In this document: positions 43,812 through 54,413 of the stretch, in pieces
Numbering within the stretch: position 1 is the stretch's first letter
How the letters are laid out: each line of letters starts with the position of its first letter
From: an uncultured Methanoregulaceae archaeon
GTDB taxonomy: Archaea > Halobacteriota > Methanomicrobia > Methanomicrobiales > Methanospirillaceae
DNA length: 64,000 nucleotides
Direction: 5' to 3'
NCBI GenBank assembly: GCA_963701095.1
Contig: OY969564.1
Coordinates: forward strand, 1,632,001-1,696,000
Program-made: the position numbers and the translations under genes
The notes under the pieces: generated by a model
Database searches by the model: none
What the model saw: only the letters and a program-made list of their open reading frames with translations
What the model was told of the DNA's origin: nothing

Positions 43812-44061
43812 GTATACCTATATGTCGAGATTTACTGATAGGAGTATTGATCGTGCTCATTCCCCGGAATTACATAGTTATACCCCGGTGACAGAGGGAG
43901 AATTAACCCTCAAAAAAGTCTATTTCATCGGCTGAAGGCTACCTGTACTATAAGGAGTTGGCGGTACCTATAGGTACTATTGTTAGTCATCGTTTCCGCC
44001 CGATACAAAAATCAGGTATCCCGCATTTGAACCTGATGAAGAGGAGAAGATAATCACTATT

Positions 44062-44511
44062 ATGGAAAACTCTGGTAATGAAATAAGCGAGGAACGTGTT
44101 GCAGCACTTGAAATGAAGGTTAATAAGATGAACGCCCTCGTAGAGGGACTCACAGAAGAACTTCTGGATCTTAAGGCCCTTAACAGGCAGATGTCCAATC
44201 AAATCCAGGATCATAATCTGCATGGCATCAAAAATACGCATTTCGTCGTCAAGGATTCCCCAATAAACGACTCTGTCATTGCTCACGAGACAACGCCACT
44301 GCGGCAGAATACGAGCACAGTCGCCGTAAGCAGCCCCCGTGTCGAGGAATCTTCGCCTGAGCCGGAAATGGTCATGATCATGCAGAATGACGGGACCAGA
44401 AAACTTGAGCCCCGGCGTGGGAACAGCAATTGTTCGTTCCCTTTGGCGGGGCAAGGCGGCAATAAGCAAAAAACCATGGTCAAGTCAAAGCTTACTGACT
44501 TTGCCAAGTAA
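44062..44511 (+). CDS. Hypothetical protein with N-terminal coiled coil
   Basis: ERVAALEMKV..MNALVEGLTEELLDLK heptads and C-terminal MIMQ.DGT.K.E.R motif. Confidence 0.7.
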   Translation: MENSGNEISEERVAALEMKVNKMNALVEGLTEELLDLKALNRQMSNQIQDHNLHGIKNTHFVVKDSPINDSVIAHETTPLRQNTSTVAVSSPRVEESSPEPEMVMIMQNDGTRKLEPRRGNSNCSFPLAGQGGNKQKTMVKSKLTDFAK

Positions 44512-44777
44512 TCTAGGGTCAGATAAACGTCACCACTTGACTGGTTCTATGTGATCTTAGGAACTACAGATAGACATATGAGGCCACGAACCAACTCTTG
44601 CCCGTCACAAGAGAGCCGGTTCACCGGTTCAGGGAGAGGCAACCTTCCTACGGACAACAGCGGGGGGAAGCGATTGTCATCCCGTTTCGTGAGGCACTGC
44701 ATCTGGTGCAGACGACCGGGAATACAAGCGGCTTTGCCAGAATACCAGAAACCAAAATAAAAACAGTGAGGTAAGAA

Positions 44778-46379
44778 ATGTCACAACAACTTGGCGGACA
44801 GCCAATTATCATTATTAACCAGGGAACAAAACGAAGTCGCGGGGAGGAAGCCCAGCGCTCGAACATTATGGCTGCAAAGGCAATCGCTGGCGCAGTCCGG
44901 ACCACCCTTGGTCCCCGGGGCATGGACAAGATGCTTGTCGGTTCAACGGGAGATATTGTCATAACAAACGATGGTGCGACCATTTTGAGTGAAATCTCGG
45001 TCAAGCACCCCGGCGGAAAGATGATGGTCGAAGTCGCAATGACCCAGGATGATCAGGTAGGTGACGGAACTACAACAGCCGTTGTTATTGCTGGTGCCCT
45101 GATGGAGCAGGCAGAAATCCTGCTCGAAATGGGCATCCATCCAACGGTTATCTCTGAGGGATACCGCAAGGGCATGGAAAAAGCCATTGAAATAGCAACC
45201 TCCCTTTCGTTCAAGGTCGACCCGAAGGACAGAAAGACCCTGATCAGGATCGCCGACACTGCAATCACGGGCAAGTCAGTCGAATCAGCTAAAGAGAAAC
45301 TCGACAGTATCATCGTGGATGCAGTTATGGCCATCGCTGAAAAAACCGATGGGAAATACATTGCCGATGAAGATGACGTGCTGATAAAGAAGCATAAGGG
45401 CAAATCAATCGACGATTCCGAGCTTGTCCGCGGTGTTATCCTTGATAAGAAACGGGTATCCGAAAGCATGCCAAAAAGGGTCACCGGGGCAAAGGTAGCC
45501 CTTATTGCAATGCCGCTTGAGATCACCAAGACCCAGGTAAAGGCGAAGATCAAGATTACAACCGCTGAGCAGATCTCCTCATTCTCCCAACAGGAGCAGA
45601 GTTCCCTGAAAAAACTGGCCGATTCCGTGATTTCATCGGGAGCGAATGTCCTTCTCTGCCAGAAGGGCATTGCAGACCCGGTCCAGTTCTTCCTTGCAAA
45701 GCACGGCGTATTTGCAGTTGAGGACGTCCCTGAAAAAGATCTCAAATATGCAGCTCGTGCGTTGCATGCAAATATTGTCAACAAACCGGAAGACCTGACG
45801 GCAAAAGATCTCGGGCATGCCGAAGTTGTCGAAGAGGATAACAATCTCGACATTACCAGGATATCCGGGTGCAAGAACCCCAAAACCATAAGTATCCTGC
45901 TCCGGGGCACAAGCGATTATCTCCTCGACGAGCTGGAACGTGCGGTTGTTGACGGAACCCGTGTCGTCATGGATGCGATCGAAGACGGTACGTATGTTGT
46001 TGGTGGTGGTGCCGTAGAGATCGAGCTTTTAATGAAGATCCGGAATTACGCTGAGACAGTCGGGGGGCGTATCCAGATGGCTATTGAAGGATACGCGACG
46101 GCCTTTGAGATTATCCCGCGAACCTTAGCGGAAAACTCCGGATACAGCCCGATTGACAAGCTGGTTGCCCTCAAGAACGCTCATGCGAAAGGGCAGAAGA
46201 CAGCCGGCCTCAACGTATACAATGGAGAGGTTATCGATATGCTCAAGGAAGGTGTATTTGAACCGCTCCGGTCCAAGCGCCAGTCCATCCAGAGTGCATC
46301 AGAAACCGCGATCATGCTCATCCGTATAGATGATATGATGATCACCCAGTCTCCATCAGCGGGACAGTCAGAAATGTGA
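44778..46379 (+). CDS. Thermosome (group II chaperonin) subunit
   Basis: [50 protein letters not shown]. Confidence 0.96.
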   Translation: MSQQLGGQPIIIINQGTKRSRGEEAQRSNIMAAKAIAGAVRTTLGPRGMDKMLVGSTGDIVITNDGATILSEISVKHPGGKMMVEVAMTQDDQVGDGTTTAVVIAGALMEQAEILLEMGIHPTVISEGYRKGMEKAIEIATSLSFKVDPKDRKTLIRIADTAITGKSVESAKEKLDSIIVDAVMAIAEKTDGKYIADEDDVLIKKHKGKSIDDSELVRGVILDKKRVSESMPKRVTGAKVALIAMPLEITKTQVKAKIKITTAEQISSFSQQEQSSLKKLADSVISSGANVLLCQKGIADPVQFFLAKHGVFAVEDVPEKDLKYAARALHANIVNKPEDLTAKDLGHAEVVEEDNNLDITRISGCKNPKTISILLRGTSDYLLDELERAVVDGTRVVMDAIEDGTYVVGGGAVEIELLMKIRNYAETVGGRIQMAIEGYATAFEIIPRTLAENSGYSPIDKLVALKNAHAKGQKTAGLNVYNGEVIDMLKEGVFEPLRSKRQSIQSASETAIMLIRIDDMMITQSPSAGQSEM

Positions 46380-46442
46380 TGACTGCTCTATTCTTTTTTA
46401 ATCAAAAAAACTTCTAATTTAAAAATAGGTCAAAAAGAGGAG

Positions 46443-46988
46443 TTATCTTTTTTTCATACTAATAATTGCAACACCGAAGATCCCAGGAGCACCCAGAGTT
46501 GTAATCGGGGAAAGCCCGGCTTTGGTTGTCTAGGTGGCGGGATTTAGCGGAGAAGCGACTGGAACGGGCTTTCCCGCATTCGTGGGAGCAGGAGCAGTCG
46601 TGACCTGTGCGCTGACGGATGGAGCAGCGATCTGTGCGAGGTGAACGAGCGTGACCGACTCCCCATTGTCAATACCGCCATTCACGTTGATGGACGATGA
46701 ATACGGCTGGTATCCGTTCTGATTTATCGTGAAGGTTTAGTAGCTGTTGCCGACAAGCGAGTAAAAGTCGAACACACCGTCTGCATTAAGATCGAGGGGA
46801 AGATTCTGACACATTTCCATCGCTGCCGACCAATGCCCCCAAGTCCGGGATCGATGCGGTACCAGTCCTTGTTGCAACCGGCCTGTGCGGTGCAATCTTC
46901 CTGTTCCATGATCGAAAACTATAGCGGGAGTTGTTGATGAGGAATTTGGTCTGGCAAAATACCAAAAAACTGAGATTGTGTGGGACAA
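46443..46988 (-). pseudogene. Degraded PEGA-like cell-surface protein with Pro/Thr linker and C-terminal anchor
   Basis: One frame reads ...FYSLVGNSY*TFTINQNGYQPYSSSINV...PAPT...PAT*TTKAGLSPITTLGA.GIFGVAIISMKKR*, with in-frame stops at 46737 and 46530. Confidence 0.6.
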
Positions 46989-47029
46989 CCCATTGTTTAT
47001 TCTCTAAATTGTTTTTGGAAAGTTCGTGT

Positions 47030-48136
47030 CTATTCGGGCATGTTCGCCTTTACCCATGCGTACGTGCCTTTCCGGTCGTAGACATGCGATATAATGTAGT
47101 TATAGACATTTGCATAGGATTTATCGAGAGCCACCTGCCTGTTGTACTGGGCAAGTTCGGCATTATAGGAAGCAACAAGAGAGTTTTGGGACGAGACCTC
47201 GGCATTGTAGCCCGGGATATTTCCTCTCCCGAGCATGGCATTCATCCGGGATTGGATTTCGGAGATCTGTCCCTGTTTTGCGGTGAGATCTGGCACGAGC
47301 GCATTATCCTGCGTTTCCAGGCTGATCGCTTTCTGATTTGAGACGGTAGCCGTGTTATTCAGGTATGCTGTTTCTGCACCGCTGGTATATTCCGTTGTAC
47401 CGTTCCCCACGGGGACAACCATCGGTTCTGAAGTGAGTTCAATGCCTCCTTCAAGTTCTGCGGGCGGGATTCCTACGTAGGAGAGATTGGTTGACTCAAG
47501 GTAGGCATATCCGGTATCTTTGTAGAGCGTATCCGGTGAGCCGACGCCGAGTGCCATATGGTTTTCCGGCGTGAACGTGAAGATTGCAACCTTGTACCCT
47601 TCCCGGGAAAGAAGCCCGGCAAGAAGCAGGCTCTTGTCGGCACAGTTACCGGTTCCGTCCACCACTGTTTCGACCGGGAACTTCGCGACTTCCCCGGGCC
47701 TGCTCTGGTAGGGAAGGGACTGGATATACGTCGCCATGAGTTCGAGGTACTCATCACTGGACAGTCCCATGTCATTTTTGATCTTCCGGAACTGCGTGAT
47801 AAGGTCTGTGTACATCTGTTCCTGTGCCGGATCATTGATCATCTCCATGTAACTGTCCGTAATCCAGACTTTGTCTGTTACATTGCCATAAACCGTAACT
47901 GAGGTAGATGTAGATTTGGCAGCCTGGCAGACGGCAGCATCAACCGGAAGAGATATCGTAATTTTGCTGCTCTCAAAGAGGAACGTGTTCGTGACATTAA
48001 TCGGCGCCGAATTATCCGTGCTCACGTCGATATGGGGAACAACAACCGCCTGCGGGGCAAACACGCAACCGGCAAGGAGCGTGCCTGCGAATAATACGAT
48101 GATGAGAATTGCGAGGTATTTTTCCGAGCGGTGCAT
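47030..48136 (-). CDS. Putative lipoprotein with transglutaminase-like (Cys-His) core
   Basis: Lipobox LLAGC; KFPVETVVDGTGNCADKSLLLAGLL..EGY, HMALGV, YLEST; C-terminal coiled coil. Confidence 0.7.
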   Translation of the reverse strand: MHRSEKYLAILIIVLFAGTLLAGCVFAPQAVVVPHIDVSTDNSAPINVTNTFLFESSKITISLPVDAAVCQAAKSTSTSVTVYGNVTDKVWITDSYMEMINDPAQEQMYTDLITQFRKIKNDMGLSSDEYLELMATYIQSLPYQSRPGEVAKFPVETVVDGTGNCADKSLLLAGLLSREGYKVAIFTFTPENHMALGVGSPDTLYKDTGYAYLESTNLSYVGIPPAELEGGIELTSEPMVVPVGNGTTEYTSGAETAYLNNTATVSNQKAISLETQDNALVPDLTAKQGQISEIQSRMNAMLGRGNIPGYNAEVSSQNSLVASYNAELAQYNRQVALDKSYANVYNYIISHVYDRKGTYAWVKANMPE

Positions 48137-48298
48137 GGTCTGGTTCAGGATGGGGAAGGTCAATCGTTGTCCAGTCGGGTTTTTTTGTCACGGCCAGTTT
48201 TTCCAAACCGTTCAATAATTGATAATTATTTCAGTCCTGAAACAATAAATCGTTGATCTTTGAGGAGGATCTTAAGATCAGCGGCTAAAATCTCTATC

Positions 48299-49387
48299 TC
48301 ATACCAGCTCATACAACGTCGTCCGCTGCTTCAGATTCCGACCTAAATCTGCAGTCATCCGTTCCATAATTATCGGATCAAGGTAACTTGCATCTCCTGC
48401 CCCAGCATCCACAGAAACCTCGTCAGTGAACATTGTCCCTGCAAGATCATTGCCACCGCACAGGAGTGCCAGCTGGGTCATCTTCAGCCCGAGTTTACCC
48501 CAGGAAACCTGGACATTGTCAAAATTATCTAAAAAGAGCCGGGAAACCGCGATCATCAGCAGGTCTTCCCTTCCGGTTGCCCCGGCTCTTGCGATACCTG
48601 AGGTATACAGTGGAGTATTGGTATGAATATAGGACATCGGGATGAACTCGGTAAATCCATGGGTCTCATCCTGGATATTCCGGATAATCGCCATATGATT
48701 CACTTGGTCCCGGGCGGATTCATACGAACCGTACATGATCGTCGCTGAGGATCGAATTCCTAGCGAATGCGCCTCCCGGATGATCCGTGCCCATTCGGCA
48801 CCGGAAACTTTCCGGGGGCAGATCACTTTCCGGACCGATTCAATAAGGATCTCCGCTGCCGTACCCTGAAGAGAGCCAAGTCCTGCATACTTGAGTGCTG
48901 CAAGAATCTCTTTCGTCGAACACTTTCCCTTCCGGGCTGTATGGTCAACTTCATCGGGACTGAACGCGTGAACATGGATCTCCGGGGCGATCTCATGAAC
49001 CGCATGAATCAAGTCGATATATCGTGCAAGATCAAACGCCGGGTTAACCCCGGAAAGGAGACAGACTTCGGTCACGGTGCGTTGATGTGCAAGCCGAACG
49101 CCCGCCTTTATACCCTCGCGATCGAGACAATAGGCTTCGGGATCGGTTGCTTTCTTCCCAAACCCGCAGAACCCGCAGAGGTTCTTGCAGATGTTAGTCA
49201 CATGCAGGTTCTGGTTCCGGACATAGGTGACAATATCACCAACTTTTCGTTCCCGCATATCATCGGCAGCCGTGAGTATACGGAAAACATCACGGCCGGT
49301 CGTCTTCATGAGGGCCTCACCTTCGGCAGTCGTGAGACGGTGGCCATCTAACACATCGCGAAGGAGAGGAGTAAGGGAGGAAGTCAT
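48299..49387 (-). CDS. cofH: FO synthase subunit CofH, paralog B
   Basis: TYVRNQNLHVTNICKNLCGFCGF, GTAAEIL, ATIMYG, FTEFIP, QVSWGK, NDLAGT. Confidence 0.9.
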   Translation of the reverse strand: MTSSLTPLLRDVLDGHRLTTAEGEALMKTTGRDVFRILTAADDMRERKVGDIVTYVRNQNLHVTNICKNLCGFCGFGKKATDPEAYCLDREGIKAGVRLAHQRTVTEVCLLSGVNPAFDLARYIDLIHAVHEIAPEIHVHAFSPDEVDHTARKGKCSTKEILAALKYAGLGSLQGTAAEILIESVRKVICPRKVSGAEWARIIREAHSLGIRSSATIMYGSYESARDQVNHMAIIRNIQDETHGFTEFIPMSYIHTNTPLYTSGIARAGATGREDLLMIAVSRLFLDNFDNVQVSWGKLGLKMTQLALLCGGNDLAGTMFTDEVSVDAGAGDASYLDPIIMERMTADLGRNLKQRTTLYELV

Positions 49388-49407
49388 GGACGTCACAAAA
49401 AATTATT

Positions 49408-50370
49408 TTATTTCTTAGATTTGGTGCCTTTCTGCGGGTTCCTGGATTTTTTGGATTTTTTACCCGGACCTTCTTCCTTTTTCTTTGCATACCAGTCCCA
49501 GGCGATTATCGCAATAATAACGACAATGATTACCCAGAAAATATGAAGCGGTAAAAGCCCGACAAGAGGAATGGTAAAGAGTGCTTTTCCAACCACCCAA
49601 TTTTTCTCTACCGGATCGATGGTCTGGTTATTGTTTACCGTCAGATACCCTTCGTCGCTGACCGGGTTATTGTCCCCTTTGGTGATGTAGCCGCTGTTTA
49701 CTGCGGGGGCCGAATACTGGATGTACCCCTGGTTAGAAACGACATATTGTTCGGGAAGGAAATACTTCGCGTTTGCAGTGCCAAAAGCTATACCCTCGGC
49801 ATTTTCGGAAACATTTTCCGGGGGTGTTTGGTTTTCCGGGTACAGGAGATAGTACCCGTAGGTCGTTGAATTACTGGTCGCGAGCGGAATATATTCGGCA
49901 GGTGTCACTTTCCCTTCATAGGGGTTGAGATAGGACGGCTGGGGACTTCCGGCATCCACCCAGGTCATGGCACGGTGAATGATGGGATGCTGGCTTGAAA
50001 GCGGCAAAAGGCCAATCGAGGCCCAGAAATCCGTAACACCGTCTGGCCGGTAGATAATCACATCCCCGTAATCGCCGAACTTCTGATAGCCGGTCGCATG
50101 GGCGTCCTCCCAGGTCTGGACAGGGCCAAACCGGTCCTGCTGCACCACAACGACAAGATCACCGATATTCATGTGGGGCTCCATGCTCCCTGATTCCACG
50201 GTGACAATTGCAGGCCACGTCCCGCAAATCAGATAGAGGGCAAGAGCGATACACCCTACGACTACAATAACCCAGAGGAGGTCACGGGCAAGCGAGACGG
50301 CCCAGTTATCACTTGTCCTGAACGCCGTTATCATCGCGCGGATATCCCGCGGCTTATCGTTTTCTGCCAT
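49408..50370 (-). CDS. S26 (Sec11-type) signal peptidase
   Basis: VESGSMEP, GDVIIY, IIHRA, YITKGDNN..SD, IPLVG. Confidence 0.9.
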   Translation of the reverse strand: MAENDKPRDIRAMITAFRTSDNWAVSLARDLLWVIVVVGCIALALYLICGTWPAIVTVESGSMEPHMNIGDLVVVVQQDRFGPVQTWEDAHATGYQKFGDYGDVIIYRPDGVTDFWASIGLLPLSSQHPIIHRAMTWVDAGSPQPSYLNPYEGKVTPAEYIPLATSNSTTYGYYLLYPENQTPPENVSENAEGIAFGTANAKYFLPEQYVVSNQGYIQYSAPAVNSGYITKGDNNPVSDEGYLTVNNNQTIDPVEKNWVVGKALFTIPLVGLLPLHIFWVIIVVIIAIIAWDWYAKKKEEGPGKKSKKSRNPQKGTKSKK

Positions 50371-50421
50371 TCCTTAGCGGACTCTATTGGCTTTTTTTGT
50401 TAATATAGCGCTCTCTTTTAC

Positions 50422-51054
50422 CTATGTCACGGAAAATGCGACGCTCACGAGGTAGTATACCCCAAAGACCATCAGAAAAAACCCGCACGCGAGCATGATC
50501 CGCTGGTATAACGTATCAGAAAGGATGGTTTTTCCTTTCGCTATCCCGCTGGATACCACAGTGTACCACCCGAGATCTGCACACCAGTGACCGACCATGA
50601 ACACACAGGCAAGGAGTATCCCCCCGGCAAGACCGGCGATTACCATCGCGCCCCCGACGGTCAGCCACCAGATCCAGAAATACGGGTTAGCGACACTGGT
50701 CATAAAACCGGCAAAGTACGGGTTTTTGGTGATGGCAGAATCAGGGGTTGCGCTTCGTACCAGCGAAACCTGCCTGCTCCCGACAACAGTAAATATGCCA
50801 AAGAGGATGAGCGCGACCCCACCGATAACAGCAACTGCTGTTGTGTAATGCAGTGCTACCGTTGCAAGACCGGCTACGATCAAAACGACGATAATCAGCT
50901 CGGAAAGCATGTGGCCAAGGGTCACCCGGGGGCCCATCGTCCAGCCACCGCGTATCGATGCATTGACTGTTGCCACTAAGGTAGGACCGGGTGCGAGGGC
51001 ACCAGTCAGGCCGACAACAAATGCAAGGGCAAACGTCTGGAGCATATCGAGCAT
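50422..51054 (-). CDS. LysE family transporter
   Basis: GLTGALAPGP, GH, ANPYFWIWW. Confidence 0.88.
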   Translation of the reverse strand: MLDMLQTFALAFVVGLTGALAPGPTLVATVNASIRGGWTMGPRVTLGHMLSELIIVVLIVAGLATVALHYTTAVAVIGGVALILFGIFTVVGSRQVSLVRSATPDSAITKNPYFAGFMTSVANPYFWIWWLTVGGAMVIAGLAGGILLACVFMVGHWCADLGWYTVVSSGIAKGKTILSDTLYQRIMLACGFFLMVFGVYYLVSVAFSVT

Positions 51055-51167
51055 GGTACGGAGGCGTCTCCTTGAAGTGAACAGGATATGACGGAGGATA
51101 ATATCAAGGAATCCTTCGCGCGCACCAATAGCATCACCTTTTTTTCCGGTGCACTCTATACTATGCA

Positions 51168-52571
51168 ATGATTGATGCGCAACAGATTACGCTCCGGTTT
51201 CTCGATACCCGGCTCCAGGTGCACCCTGATGTAGTGCGCTATATCCAGGAGCAGGATAACCTGGATTTGATCGACCGCATCATCGCATCGGTCTCTGAAG
51301 ATACCGTTGTAGTATCGCCAAAGCATATCCCGGGAATAAACGCGACCCGGGACGGTATGCGATTTTTAACCGACCCTACCGTAGAGATCGTTTCGGGAAG
51401 CCCCGGTACCTCCGGAAGTATCAACGGTACAGCCGATTACCTCCATTATTTCCGGGACCGGTACAACCGGCTGGGAGCTGATGATCCGGAGCCGGTGCTC
51501 GGCGATGCCTATCGAAGGTCTCATCCGTTCGTCCCGGTTCCGTCAGGAAGAAAGCACCGTGATCGGTATGGTCACCGAGGTAAAGACCACCACAAACGGT
51601 CACCGGATTGCTGATATCGAAGATACCACAGGAAACCTTTCGGTACTCTTCCGGAAAGACCGGCCGATCTTTGCCGACGCCGAACGCTTAATCCTTGACG
51701 AGGTCATCGGAGTCAAAGGAAAACTTTCAAACGATGGCCGGCTTTTTTTGCTGAGCTGCTGTTCCGGCCTGATATCAGGATAGACAATAAGCCTTTTTTG
51801 TCCGAAACACCGGGAAAGGCGGTTTTTATCTCCGATGTTCATATAGGAAGCAATACCTTCCTTACCGACAGCTGGAACCATTTTATAGACTGGCTTTGTG
51901 AATCCGATGCTTCCTATCTCCTTATCGCAGGCGATCTTGTTGACGGGATAGGCGTCTTCCCGGGACAGGAACAGGAACTGACCATTAAAAACATCTACGA
52001 ACAGTACGACGCGTTCGGCGAGATGATAAGTGCCATTCCGCGTCGAATCAAGATCATTGTTGCCCCGGGAAACCATGATGTGGTCCGGGGTGCAGAGCCC
52101 CAGCCGGTGATCCCGGCACAGTTCACGAAAAAATTCCCCGATAACTGTATGCTGGTTGAGAACCCGGCACTCGTGAACCTGCAGGGTGTGCGGGTTCTTA
52201 TGTACCATGGTCGGTCTATCGATGATATGATAAGTCTCATCCCGGGAGCATCGTACGAACAGAGCGGGAAGATGATGGAGGAAATGCTCCAGCGCCGGCA
52301 CCTCGCCCCTGCATACGGCAGGCGCACACCTATTGCTGCAGGAAAAATCGACCGGTTAATCATTGACCCAATACCGGAGATCCTGCATACAGGGCATGTG
52401 CATATCAAGGGACTTACCCAGTACCGGGGAGTCCTTGGGATCAACGCCGGAACCTGGCAGTCCCAGACCGCGTTCCAGAAGCAGATGAACGTGAACCCGA
52501 CACCTGCCCAGGCTATAATGGTGGACCTCCAGACACTGGTGCCGGAAACGTTTTCGTTTTTACCAACGTGA
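51168..52571 (+). CDS. polB: DNA polymerase D small (exonuclease) subunit DP1 (frameshifts near 51480 and 51745)
   Basis: YFRDRY..L, OB fold IGMV..IEDTTG, SDVHIGS, AGDLVDG, PGNHD, YHG, RRHLAP, TGHVH, GTWQ.QT.FQ. Confidence 0.93.
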
Positions 52572-52752
52572 AAAAAGGGATGCCAAACATCAACTACTGT
52601 TCATTATCACGGTTTCCGGATACTTTCAGAATGTGTTTCAAAATTTAATTTTCATACAAGACCTTTTTAATACCTACAACTCTATCCTTCGCGCGTGGGT
52701 GTTGTCATGGATTCTATCGCCTCGCCATGATAGCACCAGGATTTGACTTTTT

Positions 52753-53157
52753 ATGGCATCAGATATTCAGAGAAAAAACGGGATGCCGGTTGGTAATACG
52801 GTCCAGATTGTCAGTGCAGAATCTATAACCATTCTGGATATGCCGGAAGGAAAATCGGTTGATCAGCTGATACACGAACTCAAAGAAGATAGTGACGAAA
52901 TGGTTCGATCAGCGGCGGCAAGTTCACTTGGACGTATCAAAGCGGAAAAATCAATTGAACCGCTTATCCAGGCATTAAACGATAAACACGTTTATGTCCG
53001 GCATGGAGCGGCATGGGCTCTCGGCGAATTAAAATCAGAAAAAGCCATCAGTGCACTCTACCGGGCCGCACTCGCCGACAACGATAAATTAACCAGGGGA
53101 ATAGCAGCCGAGGCTTTGTGGAAAATCCAGAAAGATCTCCAGACCTCTTCCTGCTAA
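52753..53157 (+). CDS. HEAT/PBS-lyase repeat protein
   Basis: VRSAAASSLGRI, L.QALND...VR..AAWALGE repeats. Confidence 0.85.
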   Translation: MASDIQRKNGMPVGNTVQIVSAESITILDMPEGKSVDQLIHELKEDSDEMVRSAAASSLGRIKAEKSIEPLIQALNDKHVYVRHGAAWALGELKSEKAISALYRAALADNDKLTRGIAAEALWKIQKDLQTSSC

Positions 53158-53273
53158 AAAAAGACACACGCATCGCGCTGATACCATACCTCCGGGCTTT
53201 GTAAATGAGGCGAAGGTATATATTTTTCACCGGATATCGTTACAGCACCGTAAAAGCCTCAGAGGGATAGCCA

Positions 53274-54413
53274 TTGGAGTCACTTAAGATAGCCATTTTC
53301 TGCTGGGAATCGCTGTATGCCGAACGGGTGGGAGGTCTTGCCCCGGCAGCAACCCATCTTGCCGAAACCCTTGCAAAGACCTACGAGGTCCACTTTTTCA
53401 CCCGGGGCTGGATCCCGGACCAGACCGTCAATAATGTCAGCTACCATTACTGCCAGCCCCAGGGAATTAACATCGTGGAATACTGCAACAGCATGAGTCT
53501 TGGGATGGTGGAACAATTCAAAAAGGCCGATAGAAACCAGAAATTCGATTGCCTCCATTTCAATGACTGGCATCCCGTACAGGCGCTTCATCTCCTCCAA
53601 GACCGGAATACTATTCTCACCTTTCATTCGACTGAATACGGGAGGAGCGGTAACCATTTTGGCGACTGGTGGGAGTTCAAGGAAATTTCCGGCAAGGAAT
53701 GGTACGGCGGCCTGATTGCAAAACGGGTGACGGCTGTTTCTGCTTCGTTAAAAAACGAAGTCATGCAGCTGTATAACGTCCCGGACTGGAAATGCGATGT
53801 TATACCGAACGGGATTGTCCCATACCAGTATTACGCGCAGGTTGACGCAGCGGAAGTAAAACGGTCATACGGGATGGATCCCTCCGAAACGCTTATCCTT
53901 TTCATCGGAAGGCTTGCCTACCAGAAAGGGCCTGACCTGCTTATCGGGGCAATAAAGACCGTATGCCAGAACCACCGGGACGCAAAACTGATCGTTGCCG
54001 GTGAAGGAGACATGCGTCAGCTGCTTGAGGAAAGAGCAAAGGATCTCCCGGTTAATTTTGTCGGGTATATCCCGGACGCCGAGTATATCCGGCTCCTGAA
54101 CGCCTGCGACCTCGTAGTAATTCCCAGCCGGAACGAGCCGTTCGGTCTTGTTCTTCTGGAAGCGTGGAGTGCGAAAAAAGGGGTAGTGGCATCCAATGTT
54201 GGCGGGCTTTCAGAAAACATTGATGCCTTTATTGACGGCGTCAAAGTTGAACCTCATCAGGAAGAACTTGCCGAGGGCATTGACGGTATCCTCAGCAACC
54301 CGTCGCAGGCAGAAGCATTCGGGAAGCGGGGCCGGAAAAAAATTGACCGGCAGTTCAGGTGGGATCCGATAGGGAAGAAGATGATCGACACCTATGCACG
54401 GGTGGTAACATGA
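53274..54413 (+). CDS. Glycosyltransferase family 4 (glycogen synthase-like)
   Basis: WES...VGGL, DWH, HSTEYGR, GRL.YQKG, EPFGLVLLEAW. Confidence 0.9.
   Translation: MESLKIAIFCWESLYAERVGGLAPAATHLAETLAKTYEVHFFTRGWIPDQTVNNVSYHYCQPQGINIVEYCNSMSLGMVEQFKKADRNQKFDCLHFNDWHPVQALHLLQDRNTILTFHSTEYGRSGNHFGDWWEFKEISGKEWYGGLIAKRVTAVSASLKNEVMQLYNVPDWKCDVIPNGIVPYQYYAQVDAAEVKRSYGMDPSETLILFIGRLAYQKGPDLLIGAIKTVCQNHRDAKLIVAGEGDMRQLLEERAKDLPVNFVGYIPDAEYIRLLNACDLVVIPSRNEPFGLVLLEAWSAKKGVVASNVGGLSENIDAFIDGVKVEPHQEELAEGIDGILSNPSQAEAFGKRGRKKIDRQFRWDPIGKKMIDTYARVVT

Noticed and set aside
44551..44760. 69-aa ORF upstream of the thermosome
   Set aside because: No family motif and atypical composition; the region is better explained as a structured non-coding leader.
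46530..46532. In-frame TAG as pyrrolysine readthrough
   Set aside because: The same frame also has an in-frame TAA, no pyl genes are visible, and the region looks decayed.
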